The translations under genes were made by a program, and so were the position numbers. Positions 8,635-20,900 of a stretch of 64,000 nt of DNA are shown here, one piece after another. The notes under the pieces were generated by a model. The model saw only the letters and a list, made by a program, of their open reading frames with translations. It ran no database searches and had not been told where the DNA came from. The DNA is taken from positions 1-64,000 of the forward strand of contig NW_027437430.1 of NCBI RefSeq assembly GCF_964204645.1, read 5' to 3'. This DNA is from Tubulanus polymorphus (Eukaryota > Animalia > Nemertea). The first letter of the stretch is position 1. Each line of letters begins with the position of its first letter.

Positions 8635-10430
8635 ATTTCAGTATGGTTTAAACTAACATGGTCTAGAAGATCTTTCCAATTGGTGAATTCAACTCCGCAA
8701 AAACATGTCGAGTCAGCAGGATCCGTCTGTGGATGAATAACCTAATGTGGAAGAGCACATTAATCTGTTTTTGCTTCAACATCTAAGCAAAAATAACAAA
8801 AATGAACCCGCATCTCGCAGAAAGGGCATCAAACTTACATGTTCCACTGACTTCCTTTTTCTGTTAAATCTTTTAGTATTGTGACAACTTCTATTGTAGC
8901 ATCCCTGAATATGAAAACAAAGCTTTACAGCATAAATCATACCAATACCAATGAATTTCTATAATTTCATTTCGAGAAACATATTACTCACGTTCTTAGT
9001 CTGATAAAAAGGAGTAAATAATTGAGGCTTTAAACAAATAGCAACACCAGCCACATCAATTTTAGTCATGTACTGGAAAAAAAAGACAGATTTGTGCATG
9101 CACAGCCTTTAGGTAATTGTGAAATAAAAGTGACCAAACTAATATTAAATCATAAGTTCTTGAGATGATATGTACCTGGTCGAATGTGAAAAAGGCTCTT
9201 TGATCTTCACAACAGAATTGTTTCCTTGTATGATGCGCAACGTCAAAACTGCTATACTGGATTGAAGGATACAAAAAACTGTTAAAATATATCTAACTTT
9301 ATAAAGATAAATCACGTACAAATCACTTAGGAAAACAACTTTACCACTATTGTTGAATCATCCCATGCTCTTGCTTGATCATCCTTCAATTTGTTTTTTG
9401 CTATCAGCTATCAATATGATTCATTAATTCAATGCAAGGATTTTGAATAAAGTGGTTTCGTATTCAAGTTATAAAAACTAATTGCAAATCATTCATTTTC
9501 TAGGATATCAATGCTAAATGATTACCTTTCGTCGATGGACTGCTCTACTTCTTTGCATCTTTTCAATCTCATATGGAAAGTATTGAGGGCACCTGATTAA
9601 GAATCATTCATTATTTCCAGTACAATCATAAAATTTATGTAGTTTGCATACCTGGTAATTGGATAAAATAATGCAATTCTACGTACATTTCATCTTCATT
9701 TTTCAATAGCAGTAGTTCCATTATCCTGTTATTTATGAACTGATTTCCCTTACGGCTGGGGTGTAACAAGTCAGTCCTAGATCACAAAATTTAGAAAAAA
9801 ACAAGTTAGTTTAAATCGCGAAAAAATGCACATAACCTACTGGGCTTATTAAAATTAAACGATTACTTACGGTGAAAGGAGATCTCTTGAGAAGTGAAAA
9901 TCAACGAACTTTACACCAAGTGTAAAGCATTCGCGGTGCAGCATTTCATTGTAATGAAATATTTTTGTGTCAGCATCGAAACTTTAAAAAAGAAAGAAAT
10001 TTAAAAATCATTACATCGATCATAAATATAGTACTTCAAGAAAAATCTATTCTTGATACTTACTCATCACATCGAGGAAAAAGAGCTGGTACAATGATGG
10101 TCCCAGTACATTTATAGAGCAACAATCGAATTAATTCAACGTGTCTTCGCAGAACAATCTCAAGCGGGACATCACGCGTCATATTATTTGTTCCAACATG
10201 GACGATTAGTTGTTCCACATTCAGCATCTTCACCTTTTTCAATTCTGTAATATACAACTAATCAGTAACCCAATGAAAATGAACAATATAAATCAGTACT
10301 GAACCGAGAAATTACCTTCCATCAATGTTTCAATGGTTCCTCCGGGGCACACGATCCTTGTCCATTCAAATAAGCCTACACCATCTAGCCCAGCATACTT
10401 TAAAATGCTGTCTGCTACGAGACCAATACG
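8635..10430 (-). CDS. Ten upstream exons encoding an SGNH/GDSL esterase domain and a C2H2-like finger, predicted to splice in frame to the transposase exon
   Basis: Exons 10430-10316, 10244-10064, 9981-9871, 9776-9687, 9592-9526, 9407-9345, 9256-9176, 9072-8992, 8904-8839, 8741-8635, all GT-AG with matching phases. SGNH blocks: LVADSI, CPGGT, HVGTNN, DLLHP. Finger: CFCGVEFTNWKDLLDHVSLNH. The last exon (phase 2) joins the acceptor at 8473 in frame. Confidence 0.78.
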
Positions 10431-10884
10431 CTACAAAAAAGATTATTTGTCAGTCTCAGGCCAATATCACAGGGAGGTGTGAGAGAGCACACTGGTTACT
10501 GTAAGACCCTACTACATGCAAAAGAAGTGACACATATATGTATATCAATGTGATAGAATTGATTGAAAAAATTGTGCATAATAGTAGCTAGTGCCCAAAA
10601 ATAGAACACAGTGTTATTGAAGTGAAAATTTCTAAAATCCTCTGAAGCGGTGCTTATTTGGTAGCTACATGGGTATTCTAATTGAATAAGCATAAAGATA
10701 AGCGTGCACACACAGTAGCCTATGCATAAACAAGGGCCAGTTTCACCTTCACCTAAAAGTCCTGCAGTGTGAAGACTAACTTGTTCACCTAAACCACCTC
10801 TACCAGGCTGTGGAAGGCCTAACATCAGGCACTAAATTAAAAGATTCCTCTAAATCAAATTATCTATAAACATCCTCTTAATTG

Positions 10885-11145
10885 CAGGCAGACTGATTCA
10901 GGGAGGGGTGCAGCCCAAAATAGGGCATACATATCAGTATCATATATAATTAAAAATCAAAAGGGCACCAGATCATCAGAAAACATAATACCTATATTTT
11001 GGAAGTAGGCCTACAGAGAACATGTTTTGGAATATAAGCTTTTTAAAAATACTTGTTGATATTTTTAATTTTTCCTTTAAATTTCATTGCGACTTAAAAG
11101 TTTTAAGGGGTGTACACCCCTGTATACTCTCCTGATCTGCCCCTG
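10885..11145. mobile_element. Degenerate MITE related to 710-951
   Basis: Starts CAGGCAGACTGATTCAGGGAGGGG and ends CCTGATCTGCCCCTG, resembling the GGATCCGCCCCTG terminus. Confidence 0.4.
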
Positions 11146-12065
11146 AATTGCCACTTAACAAAATTTCTCAGCTTAATTGTTGGCTAACTAGCTCAGTGAA
11201 ACTGGGACCAGACCTAATGCATACACCCTCAGTGGCCAGGGCCAGGATTAAACAGTTAGGCTACGTATATAAATAAAGGAATGAAAAGTACTTATCCTGA
11301 AATTGGTTAGGCTATCTATCTGCAACAAGAAATACATTTTCATTGACTCTGAATACAGGGAACTACCATTCTTCTGTTTCGAGGCCTTAAAATTTATTGT
11401 TTATTTTTTGTTGCTGGATTTGGAATGGTTGTTGGAATATTTAAGGCCTAGTAGGTGGTGACTGTGTACGGGCAACATAGGCCTATACCCAGTGGCATGG
11501 CAATGGCATGCCACTGGGTACCCACTACTGCACTATAGTATACTGCCTACGGCTACTGCGACTGGTGGTTCGGTTGGCAGAAATTACTTGTTAACATGGG
11601 GGGGGGGGGAGGGGGGAAGTAAGCGTGGATGAAGACAAATTAATTTAGCCGAGTAAGTAGCAAGCAAGTAAAGTAGTGGCAGTACAGTAGGCCTAGCGAC
11701 AATGTGAGTGTGGTGGTAACGTGGCCGTGGTGGCAATAACAAGACTCCAAAACTGGCAAAAGCCAAAATTAAAAAGCCCTGCCGCCGCGCGGTCGCGACG
11801 CCTCGCCTGCACCACCGTGTACGATCCTCGCGGCGTTCACCAGTGTTACCCAGTGAGTTTTTTATAATCTTGCAATCTACCTCTTTTTTCAAACCAATAT
11901 TCCCACCAACTGGTCCGGAGACAAGCTTAACACGTTCGGAAAACATGATTCACAATCTTTTAATCAACAGCCAGCAAGAATACACTTGACAGAAAATTCA
12001 AATTCAGCGGTTAACCGTTAAAAGTGAGTTGTTTAGCTGTGGGAGTAACAAAAAGGCGATCTTGA

Positions 12066-12109
12066 TGACGTCACTAGCCATCGACCAAAACAGGCTTTCA
12101 ACCTTTTGC
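12066..12109 (-). repeat. Right terminal inverted repeat (44 bp)
   Basis: TGACGTCACTAGCCATCGACCAAAACAGGCTTTCAACCTTTTGC, inverted copy of 7-50. Confidence 0.95.
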
Positions 12110-12569
12110 CGCAAGCCGAGTGATGTTCCTCCTTAAAACAGTCTATATTTACACCTTTAATCACCAATGATCGTTAAGGTGATTATTGCAATTTAATCCT
12201 GTTCCATTGTTCTATATTTAGATGTTTGTTTTTACGTTCATCCATCCGTGAAATAAACACAATACATACAAAACTGCCGGCATGTAAATCGAATATATCA
12301 ATCAAAATTAAATCAAGTCCATGATGTTTTATTGCTAAATGTAAATAAACCTTTTATTCGAATGCAACAGTTTTTTTATGTCGGTTTTTTATGAAATAAG
12401 TATTCAAGACACACACACATATGTGATTATACAATTTGATTAATATTGGTTGACAGTTTTCTGATTGATAATTCCAACAACCGTCTTTGAATTTTAAGAG
12501 GCCTCTACTATAAGTGTCATTCAGTATGTTCTGTTTGTTTATTTCAGTAGTCAGTATAGATAGAGATCT

Positions 12570-15500
12570 ATGTATGTAAAGATGGCAGAAGCTGATGATT
12601 CAGTTAAATTGCCACTTACTGTGGATAAGATCGATATTAAATCTGCTACCAATAACCAGCATACGACAGTAGATACAAGCAGTTCAGGGGATTCTCCTAT
12701 ACCGCAGTCGCCGGCTGTTGGTCCATCTCCTCACGTGTTTGGTGGATCTCCTGGCTCGGTTGATCCTGTTCACGATTTACCACAAGAATTACTGAACGCG
12801 GGATGGAGACGATTCTGGAGTAAACGCGAAGGACAGCCTTATTTCTTCAATAAAATTACGAATCAGTCTTTATGGGAAATGCCAACGATTGATGGGAGAC
12901 CCGCAAAGGTATAGAAATTGTCTTTGAATCTTCCACTCTCAGCTTACTTCATTCAACTGAACTGACTACATTTTAGACTAAAATATCAATGACTTTATTG
13001 CAGCACGATCATCTGAGCGATCCACTAGGTATTCAGACATCTCCACCGGCGCAGTTAGTTCCAGGTTCAACACCAGTTGGTGAGAAAAGAAGAGCAAGCA
13101 CCGACCATGGAGGCAGTCCCCCTAAACGTCCTGCCCAAAGTATTGGGTAAGCCTTGTTATAATTGAATGTTCGTGAATGAAGATTGATAAAATTGAGTTA
13201 TTTCCAGGGTTCTTAATGATCAGGGAGTTACTAAATTGTTTCAACTTGATTTTCAGACCATTCTGGAATTTTGAATTACACAGCAATGTTATTATCTACG
13301 AACAACCGATAAAAGCGATTCCACCGCCTCATCCAGATATAGAAAATATGCGATTGCAAAGTATGGTGAAATTACGACAACAGTATCAAGAACTTTGCCA
13401 TTCAAGAGAAGGTAAATTTAAACTGTTGTTGCTCGCTTTCAAAAGCTACCATGGGTTGGCTTCTGATTACTTCTCTGCAAACTTCTGGCAAAATATTCCT
13501 GTTATCGGACAATTTGCTTATTATACCCAAACTATAGGCTTAGTACCTTAGATATTTTTGATATCCGAGTGGTGCCATCTGAGGAGCTAGCTGGCCAATA
13601 AAAGAGATTTTTGACAATTTTGAGAATTTTATTGGGTTTCTTAGGAATTGAAGCTCCGAAAGAATCTTTCAACCGATGGTTAATCGAAAGACAAATAATC
13701 AATAAAGATGAAGACTACATGTTCCCTAGTGACTGCGTACCTGAAATCTCTCAGTCAATGTACCGCGAGATTATGAATGATATACCGATCAAACTTGTGA
13801 AACCGAAATATTCCATGGACGCTCGCAGGCAACTGTTGAAATACGCGGAGGCAGCAAAAACGATGGTTGAATCACGGAATTCAACTCCGGAAAGTCGGAA
13901 AATAGTCAAATGGAACGCTGAAGATACGTTTATATGGTTACGCAAACAATCAAATGCTTCATATGAAGACTACCTTGTAAGTGTGATTTCATTCCTGGAA
14001 AATTCGCATTCTTCATACTCTGGGAAGATCGTTGAAAAAGATTTAAAAATAATATTTTTCAGGAAAGGTTGGCTCACTTGAAACGGCAGTGCCAGCCTCA
14101 TTTAACAGAAACGGCTAAAACATCAGTGGAAGGAATCTGCAGTAAAGTCTATCATTTCTCGTGTGAATACGCGAAGAAAATACGAGAAAAACATTGGGAA
14201 TTATTATCACAGCACAACATAAAACGTAAGTGCAAATTCATACATCAACGATTGAAGTTCCAATATAATTCAGGTGTGCGAAAAAGCTTTCATTTATACC
14301 TATTTTACTTGATTATTTATTGTTATTCTATCTAGCACCTGATAGTGAAAGTATTCCACCTATTAGGAAGGTAATGTGTTACCCTGTACTGCTATCAGTG
14401 CCTTGTCCGCGGTTACCATCACCTGAAATACAGTTCACCAATGAAGGAGTTACATTACGCTATAAATCGGAAACCATCAGAATAAATACGGATCATTTTC
14501 AAAAATTAGTAAGTAGTGATTTTTTGAATTATACGGACACGTAACATCGGATAAAAACGTAATCCTTGTCCGTTCATTCGTAGGAACAATTGTACAGATG
14601 GAATTGTAAAGATGATCCCAGATTCGATAATTATCTCGCTAGATGTTGGTGCCTGATGAAACGATATCAGGTACAAAAAAGAAACTTTTATGAAAAATTG
14701 TTCTAATTCAGTGAATATTCGGATTTAATGTAAGACTTGTTTTCTTTCAATGTTTTAGTCGATGTTTGGTATCGGTAATGAAGGAGTGAGTTTACAAGGA
14801 GCTTTGCCCGTGGCTGTATTCGAATGTTTGCACAGATTATTCGGTGTTACGTTTGAGTGTTTCGCATCTCCTTTGAATTGCTACTTCAAACAATTCTGTT
14901 CTGCATTCCCAGATACTGACGGTTATTTCGGATCTCGAGGGTCAGTATTGAAGAAGAATTCACAAATAGATTAAACATCTAAATCGATTTAGATTTTTGA
15001 TTTTTTTCTGAAACTAGATAGATCATTGAACTCTGAATTAATACCAGCTGTTCATCTTTTAGATCACTGCTGAAATTTCAACCAGTCAGTGGTTCATTTG
15101 AAGCTAATCCTCCATTCTGCGAAGAACTGATGGAAACAATGGTCGACCATTTCGAAGTATGTTTATGCAATTATTACTATAATAATTAATCCTATAATCA
15201 AAATGCTTTTATTTATCGAAATGATTGAATTTTGCTTGTAGAGTTTATTACTGGAATCGAGTGAACCGTTGTCATTTATCGTATGTATTCCCGAATGGAG
15301 GGATCCACCGACAGAAGCTCTTATTAGATTAGAATCTAGTCGATTTAACCGTAAACAATTAGTCATCCCTCCATTTGAACATGAATACAGACATGGCTTC
15401 CAACATATCGTAGCAAAGTAAGTTTTTGATTTTACCAGAAAATGATTTCCGGTTGTGAAGTTTTTACCGGGAAAAAGACCGCTATATTAAAATTTTTTCT

Positions 15501-15646
15501 GTAGGAATGAAACGAATATTAAAGCAATGCACGGAACTTTGATAATCTTCCTACAAAATGAAGCTGGCCTTTCTAAGTGGGAACCTACAGCGGATAGACT
15601 TCATGAACTACGGTTAGCATTTCGACCTAAAGACAGAGCTCATTGA
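12570..15646 (+). CDS. PCIF1: mRNA cap-specific adenosine N6-methyltransferase (PCIF1/CAPAM), multi-exon
   Basis: WW domain ([32 protein letters not shown]), FECFASPLN, catalytic EANPPF (~15100), [11 protein letters not shown]; short GT-AG introns; stop TGA 15644-15646; start ATG 12570 or 12582. Confidence 0.93.
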
Positions 15647-16144
15647 TGTGAATTCTGCTAAATTGATCGTTGTTCAGATTATCTATTTTACTCGTTTGCG
15701 CTAGTGCATGACATGACAGATATACAGAACACTAGCTCCGCATTGTTTCATAAAAAGACGAATAACTTGTGACGTGTAAATTACATAAAGCTAATTGGGA
15801 AATAAAATGATTGCAGTATTACAGCTCATAATTTTGCACGCCATCATTAAAAATGTAAGCATAATTATTATTGATACATGAGCACATGTATATGAGCAGC
15901 GTTATGATTACTGATATTTGAATATGTCCATGTCTATTACATTGGTTATCGTTACTGTAAATTAACAAAAGATGTAAATATTACATTTAGTGGGTTTAGA
16001 CATAACAATTGATACTGCCTCATAAAATGGCAGATTACTGGAAATAAGGGATATTTGAACCTGAACAGTTTCGATAAATGTAGTCACCTGTCATTGTTAT
16101 GTAGAAATAATCTGTGGTTATTTGAATGAATGACTAAATGACTA

Positions 16145-16312
16145 CAGTGGAACCTCGTTACAACAAATTTCAGAGACCAGAAAATATGTTCGTCATAACC
16201 AATAGTTCATTACATCCAGTATGAAATTTTTAAGATTATCCTATTTGGGATGAAATTCTTTGTAATAACCGATAAATTGTTATATGAGGTCATTATAACG
16301 AGGTGCCAACTG
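16145..16312. mobile_element. Tc1/mariner (pogo/Tigger-like) MITE
   Basis: TA|CAGTGGAACCTCGTTACAAC ... ATTATAACGAGGTGCCAACTG|TA; imperfect TIRs with TA duplication. Confidence 0.7.
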
Positions 16313-16406
16313 TATAGCTGTTCAAGATTCTGTGCGGTATTTCAATGGCAGCTTTTATATTGTGAATATTCTGAGTAATGTTTAACCTAATGGTCCAAAT
16401 CAAGCA

Positions 16407-16571
16407 GGGTTCATACTATAGATTTCTGACAATGAGATTATTGAATCAGTTGCATTATTGTCTTATTGGAATCATGACAAATTCTAAAAAATAAAAACAG
16501 TTTCTTCCCCTTAAGCAATAACCCAAAATTCGCCTATTCAATCAATAGATTGGTATTTGTAGTGTGAACCT
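16407..16571. mobile_element. Degenerate MITE
   Basis: Imperfect inverted ends GGTTCATACTATA ... TGTAGTGTGAACC plus inner ATTGAAT/ATTCAAT. Confidence 0.4.
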
Positions 16572-17915
16572 AACTCAATTTTCCATTTTATACTTATAAC
16601 TGATATATAACAATATTTTTCTGTGCCGCATTTGTCTATCTCAAAACATCTTGTTCGCCACCCTTTGTATTTATAGTTTTCTAAGTTGTAGTTTTTCTCT
16701 AGTTGTTATCATTATGCCAGATGGTTTTAATGTAAATAACTTTATTGTTTTGTACATAATTATATAATGTACATCATAATCAATCATATTCCTTCTGAAC
16801 AAATAATGCAGTGTATGTTGGATACTCATGATATCTTAGCTACTTGTATATGCATCATCTGCATTAATTTTTGTTTTCAGCATTTTATGCGATGTTTTAA
16901 ACTTGATAAATTTTATTGTACATATACTGAATACTATTAGTATTATGTACTCTTATATTTGGTAATTTTCGAAAGACAGGCCCAAGATTTTCTGAATAAA
17001 ATGAAGGATATCCTGCTGCATTTGGGGTCTTACACTAAGTGGTCTTATGATTGAAATGTACCAAACACTTTGGGGGAATTGGATTAAATCTAACAATATA
17101 ATTCCTGCTTATTATGTAGGACAGTTGTGTTATCGCAATAACAGGTTGAATGAAGCAATTTTTAAAGATGTATCTTTTATTTTAACTTTATACAAGCATT
17201 CTCATGTTCACATGTATGTGCTAATAATTCTATAATTTCGATTCCGGTTATTAGTTTCACCATTATTTTAGAGTGCAATATATCGTCCTTCATTGTAAAT
17301 TTTATATAACGATTAATTTAAAAACTTTAGTTCGTGTAAATAAAGATTAGATTTACAAGTAAGTTATCGACTTAGGTGTCATTAGTGTGGCTTTCTTCAA
17401 GAGGAGTCTATAACCATAAGTCAACCTCTGCTATACTGCCCATGTCAATGACCTATGACTGGTTTTAAGAGGTGTTCTTTCTGACCAGTGCCAAGACAAA
17501 TACACATGCTCCATTCACAGGGAATTGGGCAGGGATGGCAGTATATCGGAGGTTGAATGTAGGTAGTCGGTCAACACTGACTGACGTCGAGGGTAAATGG
17601 AAAATGAAAACTGATCAGTACCGGTATGTCGGTTTCGTAAATCCCATGAGAAGTTCATCCTTGCATAATCTGAATCGTCACAATCAATAATATCATAAAG
17701 ATAAATCAGATATAAAATATAAAATCAATTTTTTATTTCCATATCCAGGACTGGAAAAACAACTGATACAAAACAAAATGAAACATGAAATGGTGAACTA
17801 CATAATTGCCATATTCTTTGCAAGACACGACCTATGATACATTATTATCTAAGTCTATGATGTGCACGTGTTATATTTATGATTATTCTTATCCTCTATA
17901 CTATTGAGTTAAACT

Positions 17916-20900
17916 CTATTTGTAGTTGAATTTAACTTTGATCAAGTATTTCATTTTTATTTGGCTCGTGTCGTAGACGATAAACTCGTTATAATTCAGA
18001 GTATAACCACGTGGATTATTAACGCCAGTATCTTGAGCTTTACCCATTGGAACAATGATACCATCCGATCTGAAAGTTAAAATAGAATATCTCATCATAT
18101 AAGAGTTAAAAAGAAATTTTCATTGGATTATTACCGATGTATAGTAGTCAGAATATCGAGATATTTTACTTACGTAGTGAAGTCTGCAGTTGCATTTGGT
18201 GCTACGCTACCGAGACCTTTAACACTATGTTTACCGGCTGGGAGTTTGTTAGCAGTGTAATTAGCATTAAGCAACTCATTCACTCCTCCGAGAGCAACCT
18301 ATAATATATACTGTAATCATTAGTTCCATCATAATGATTACTTCATTGTTAGAAAATGCATGATTTCAATGAACTTACATCGCATAAAACGAGGAGACCA
18401 ATATTCTTAGATCGCGTCGTGAAACAATAATTGGCACTTTTGCTCGACATATCAGCAAAATAAACTCCTTTACCAAACTGAAATAGTGATGAAATAAACC
18501 TTTAGATGGATAAGTAATCATTGAGTTGAAAATGAGTTACTTATGATTAGCTTACCATGTAACCAGTAACCGGAGCTTCGGGTGGAGCAATACGTAAACC
18601 TTTCTGTAAGATTCCACACCAATTTGTTAGTCGTGATCCGTGCCATAACAATTTCCTATATGAGCAAAATTCAAACAATATCAATAGTTTTATTTGGTTT
18701 TTGCACTAGAATTGGAAACTGTAAAACTCACCTATTTCCGAGATCCTTCTTGAATTTCTCGGCCTCACCCTCTTTTTCGCATTCAAATACATCAACAATT
18801 TTCATAGAATAATGATTATGTGTATCGGCATGTGTGTTCTTTAGATAATCTTCTACCATCTATAAACAAACATTCGAATGTCAAATTTCTGGAGTGTTAG
18901 TTACAGATCAATTCTCGCTATAGTGATTCACCTACCTTGAAATCTGGAGAATCTTGATCCAGCGGTTTTAAGCCACATTTCAATGATTTATAATGTTGAT
19001 CAACTGGATTTTCATCACTCTTCGAGTCTTCTCGCAACATTTTCATCGCTATTTCTATATCACCCAAAGCCTAAGTGACATTTCAACAATATTATATCTA
19101 CCGATATATATGTAACTTAGAGAATATAACCAAAACAATCGATATACCGGTACCTCTAATAAGTTAGATTTCATCTTGACTTCTGCTTCAGTTTTAATCA
19201 ATGGAGGTGTACGCATGCTGGAAATTAATCATTTTTACACTTCATTTCTGACCCAGATATTTTTTCCTTTATCAGTATCTTGTTATTTGTGATCACGTAC
19301 CCGAAATCATGTGGAATTCTAGTATAAAACGCATCACAAGCGGCTACCAATCTACGACCGGTATCGTTATTTTGGATGCATGTTTCTATTTCTTTCAAAG
19401 CTGTGTAACCGGCTTTAATCTGAGCAGTCGTCAATTTACCTACATTATCAATCAAATACATTGAATAAAATGAACTTCAAATAATTGCAGGTAGATGTAG
19501 AAAAACAAAACTCACCTAATGGCGCCTTTTTAGCATCGTACTTCATTTCAACTACAGCATCTTCCATTGATTTAACATCACATATCAGGTTAATCAGAGC
19601 CTGAAAGTGAAAATACAACCAGTCAACAAATTCATACACAAACAAACAGTCAAACTCAGTTAGGTCTTTAACGGATAAGTCATCACATTAACTAAGTTAT
19701 CTATTTCTAAGTGCCAATTCGTATTTCCAAATCAATTCACTTCGCAAAATGAGCCATCATTTGGATAAGTCATCAACACAATGATTGTCCCAGCTACGAC
19801 TTAAGCGAGTTTAACTTTTTAACATCAGAGCTTAGTCTACTATCTATCCATATTGTACTACGGATTGCAGCACTAAACAAAGCTTTGCGCTGACCTGTAA
19901 GCGAATATCAATTTTCGACGCAGGGACATCTTTCTTTGGTTTGCTTTCATTCTCTTCTTTCACATTCTACATTGGAAAACAACTTAACACGTATACATAG
20001 CTGAACATATGAAAGCGAATATACTGAGATGTTGTATTAAACACAGTGTTATGTACCTCAGTACTGTAATCCATCTCTAACATATCATACTTCCCTGGAA
20101 CTTTAGTGAAAGCCTTACGACTGTGCCACTCATTTTTTGTTTTATCCTTGAACCTGCAAATGTAATCACCAGTTTTCTTTCCAATCGCTTACTTGATTGC
20201 ATTAGTTAGAAAATACAGTAAAGAGAGGACATACTTTGAACAGAATAATTGCTTTGCTTTCTCCACATCACTGCCGCACGGTGTGAGACTATTTTGTCCA
20301 TTTTTACCAACTCTTCCCCAACGAAACCAAACATCATATCGTTTTGCTTTGTCATCTTCCAGTAATTGACATATGTAATATTTGTTATTGTTATTTTTCA
20401 AATTTGTCTATAAAATAAAAATACCTCATGATTTTCAATATTCTAATACATGCACCGGTAGTTCAAACATTCATCCATAAAATGAAGTGAATTGCTCACC
20501 TGGTTCAGCATGGCATCATATATGTCATTGCCTTCACAATACACATGAGCAACACCTATCTTACTGTGGCATTCTGTATCAACCGGCGCTTTACCCTTGA
20601 TAACAACTGTCTTCACTAAAGAAATTCACAATTTTTATATTACCTATTGACAACGGATCGTAGCCAATACAACAACTTCAGAAATCCAGTAAATTCATAT
20701 TTACCTTTAGAGTCATCTTGCGCCATTCCAGATGATTTCGACCCTGCTGATTTTGCTACTCTACCACTTTTACTTGCACCACTTTTAGCATTAGATTTTG
20801 GTTTGATATCCTCACTACTTGCAGACGTCATTACTTCATCATTCTCTTCATCTTCATTTTCTTTCTTTACTGGAGAAGCAGCATCTTAAAAATTGATTTC

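Larger units (their letters stand above)
7..12109. mobile_element. Large (~12.1 kb) Mutator/MULE-like DNA transposon with TIRs and a multidomain transposase gene
   Basis: 44-bp inverted repeats at both ends (GCAAAAGGTTGAAAGCCTGTTTTGGTCGATGGCGAGTGACGTCA; one mismatch); internal uninterrupted ORF with D...D...CxxH...E and SWIM motifs; subterminal tandem repeats. TSD not confirmed (only 6 nt of left flank visible). Confidence 0.88.

Noticed and set aside
11584-11880. Remainder of the 120-aa ORF 11584-11946 as a separate protein
   Set aside because: Runs through GC-rich and poly-G low-complexity DNA with no recognisable motif; more likely read-through past a splice donor
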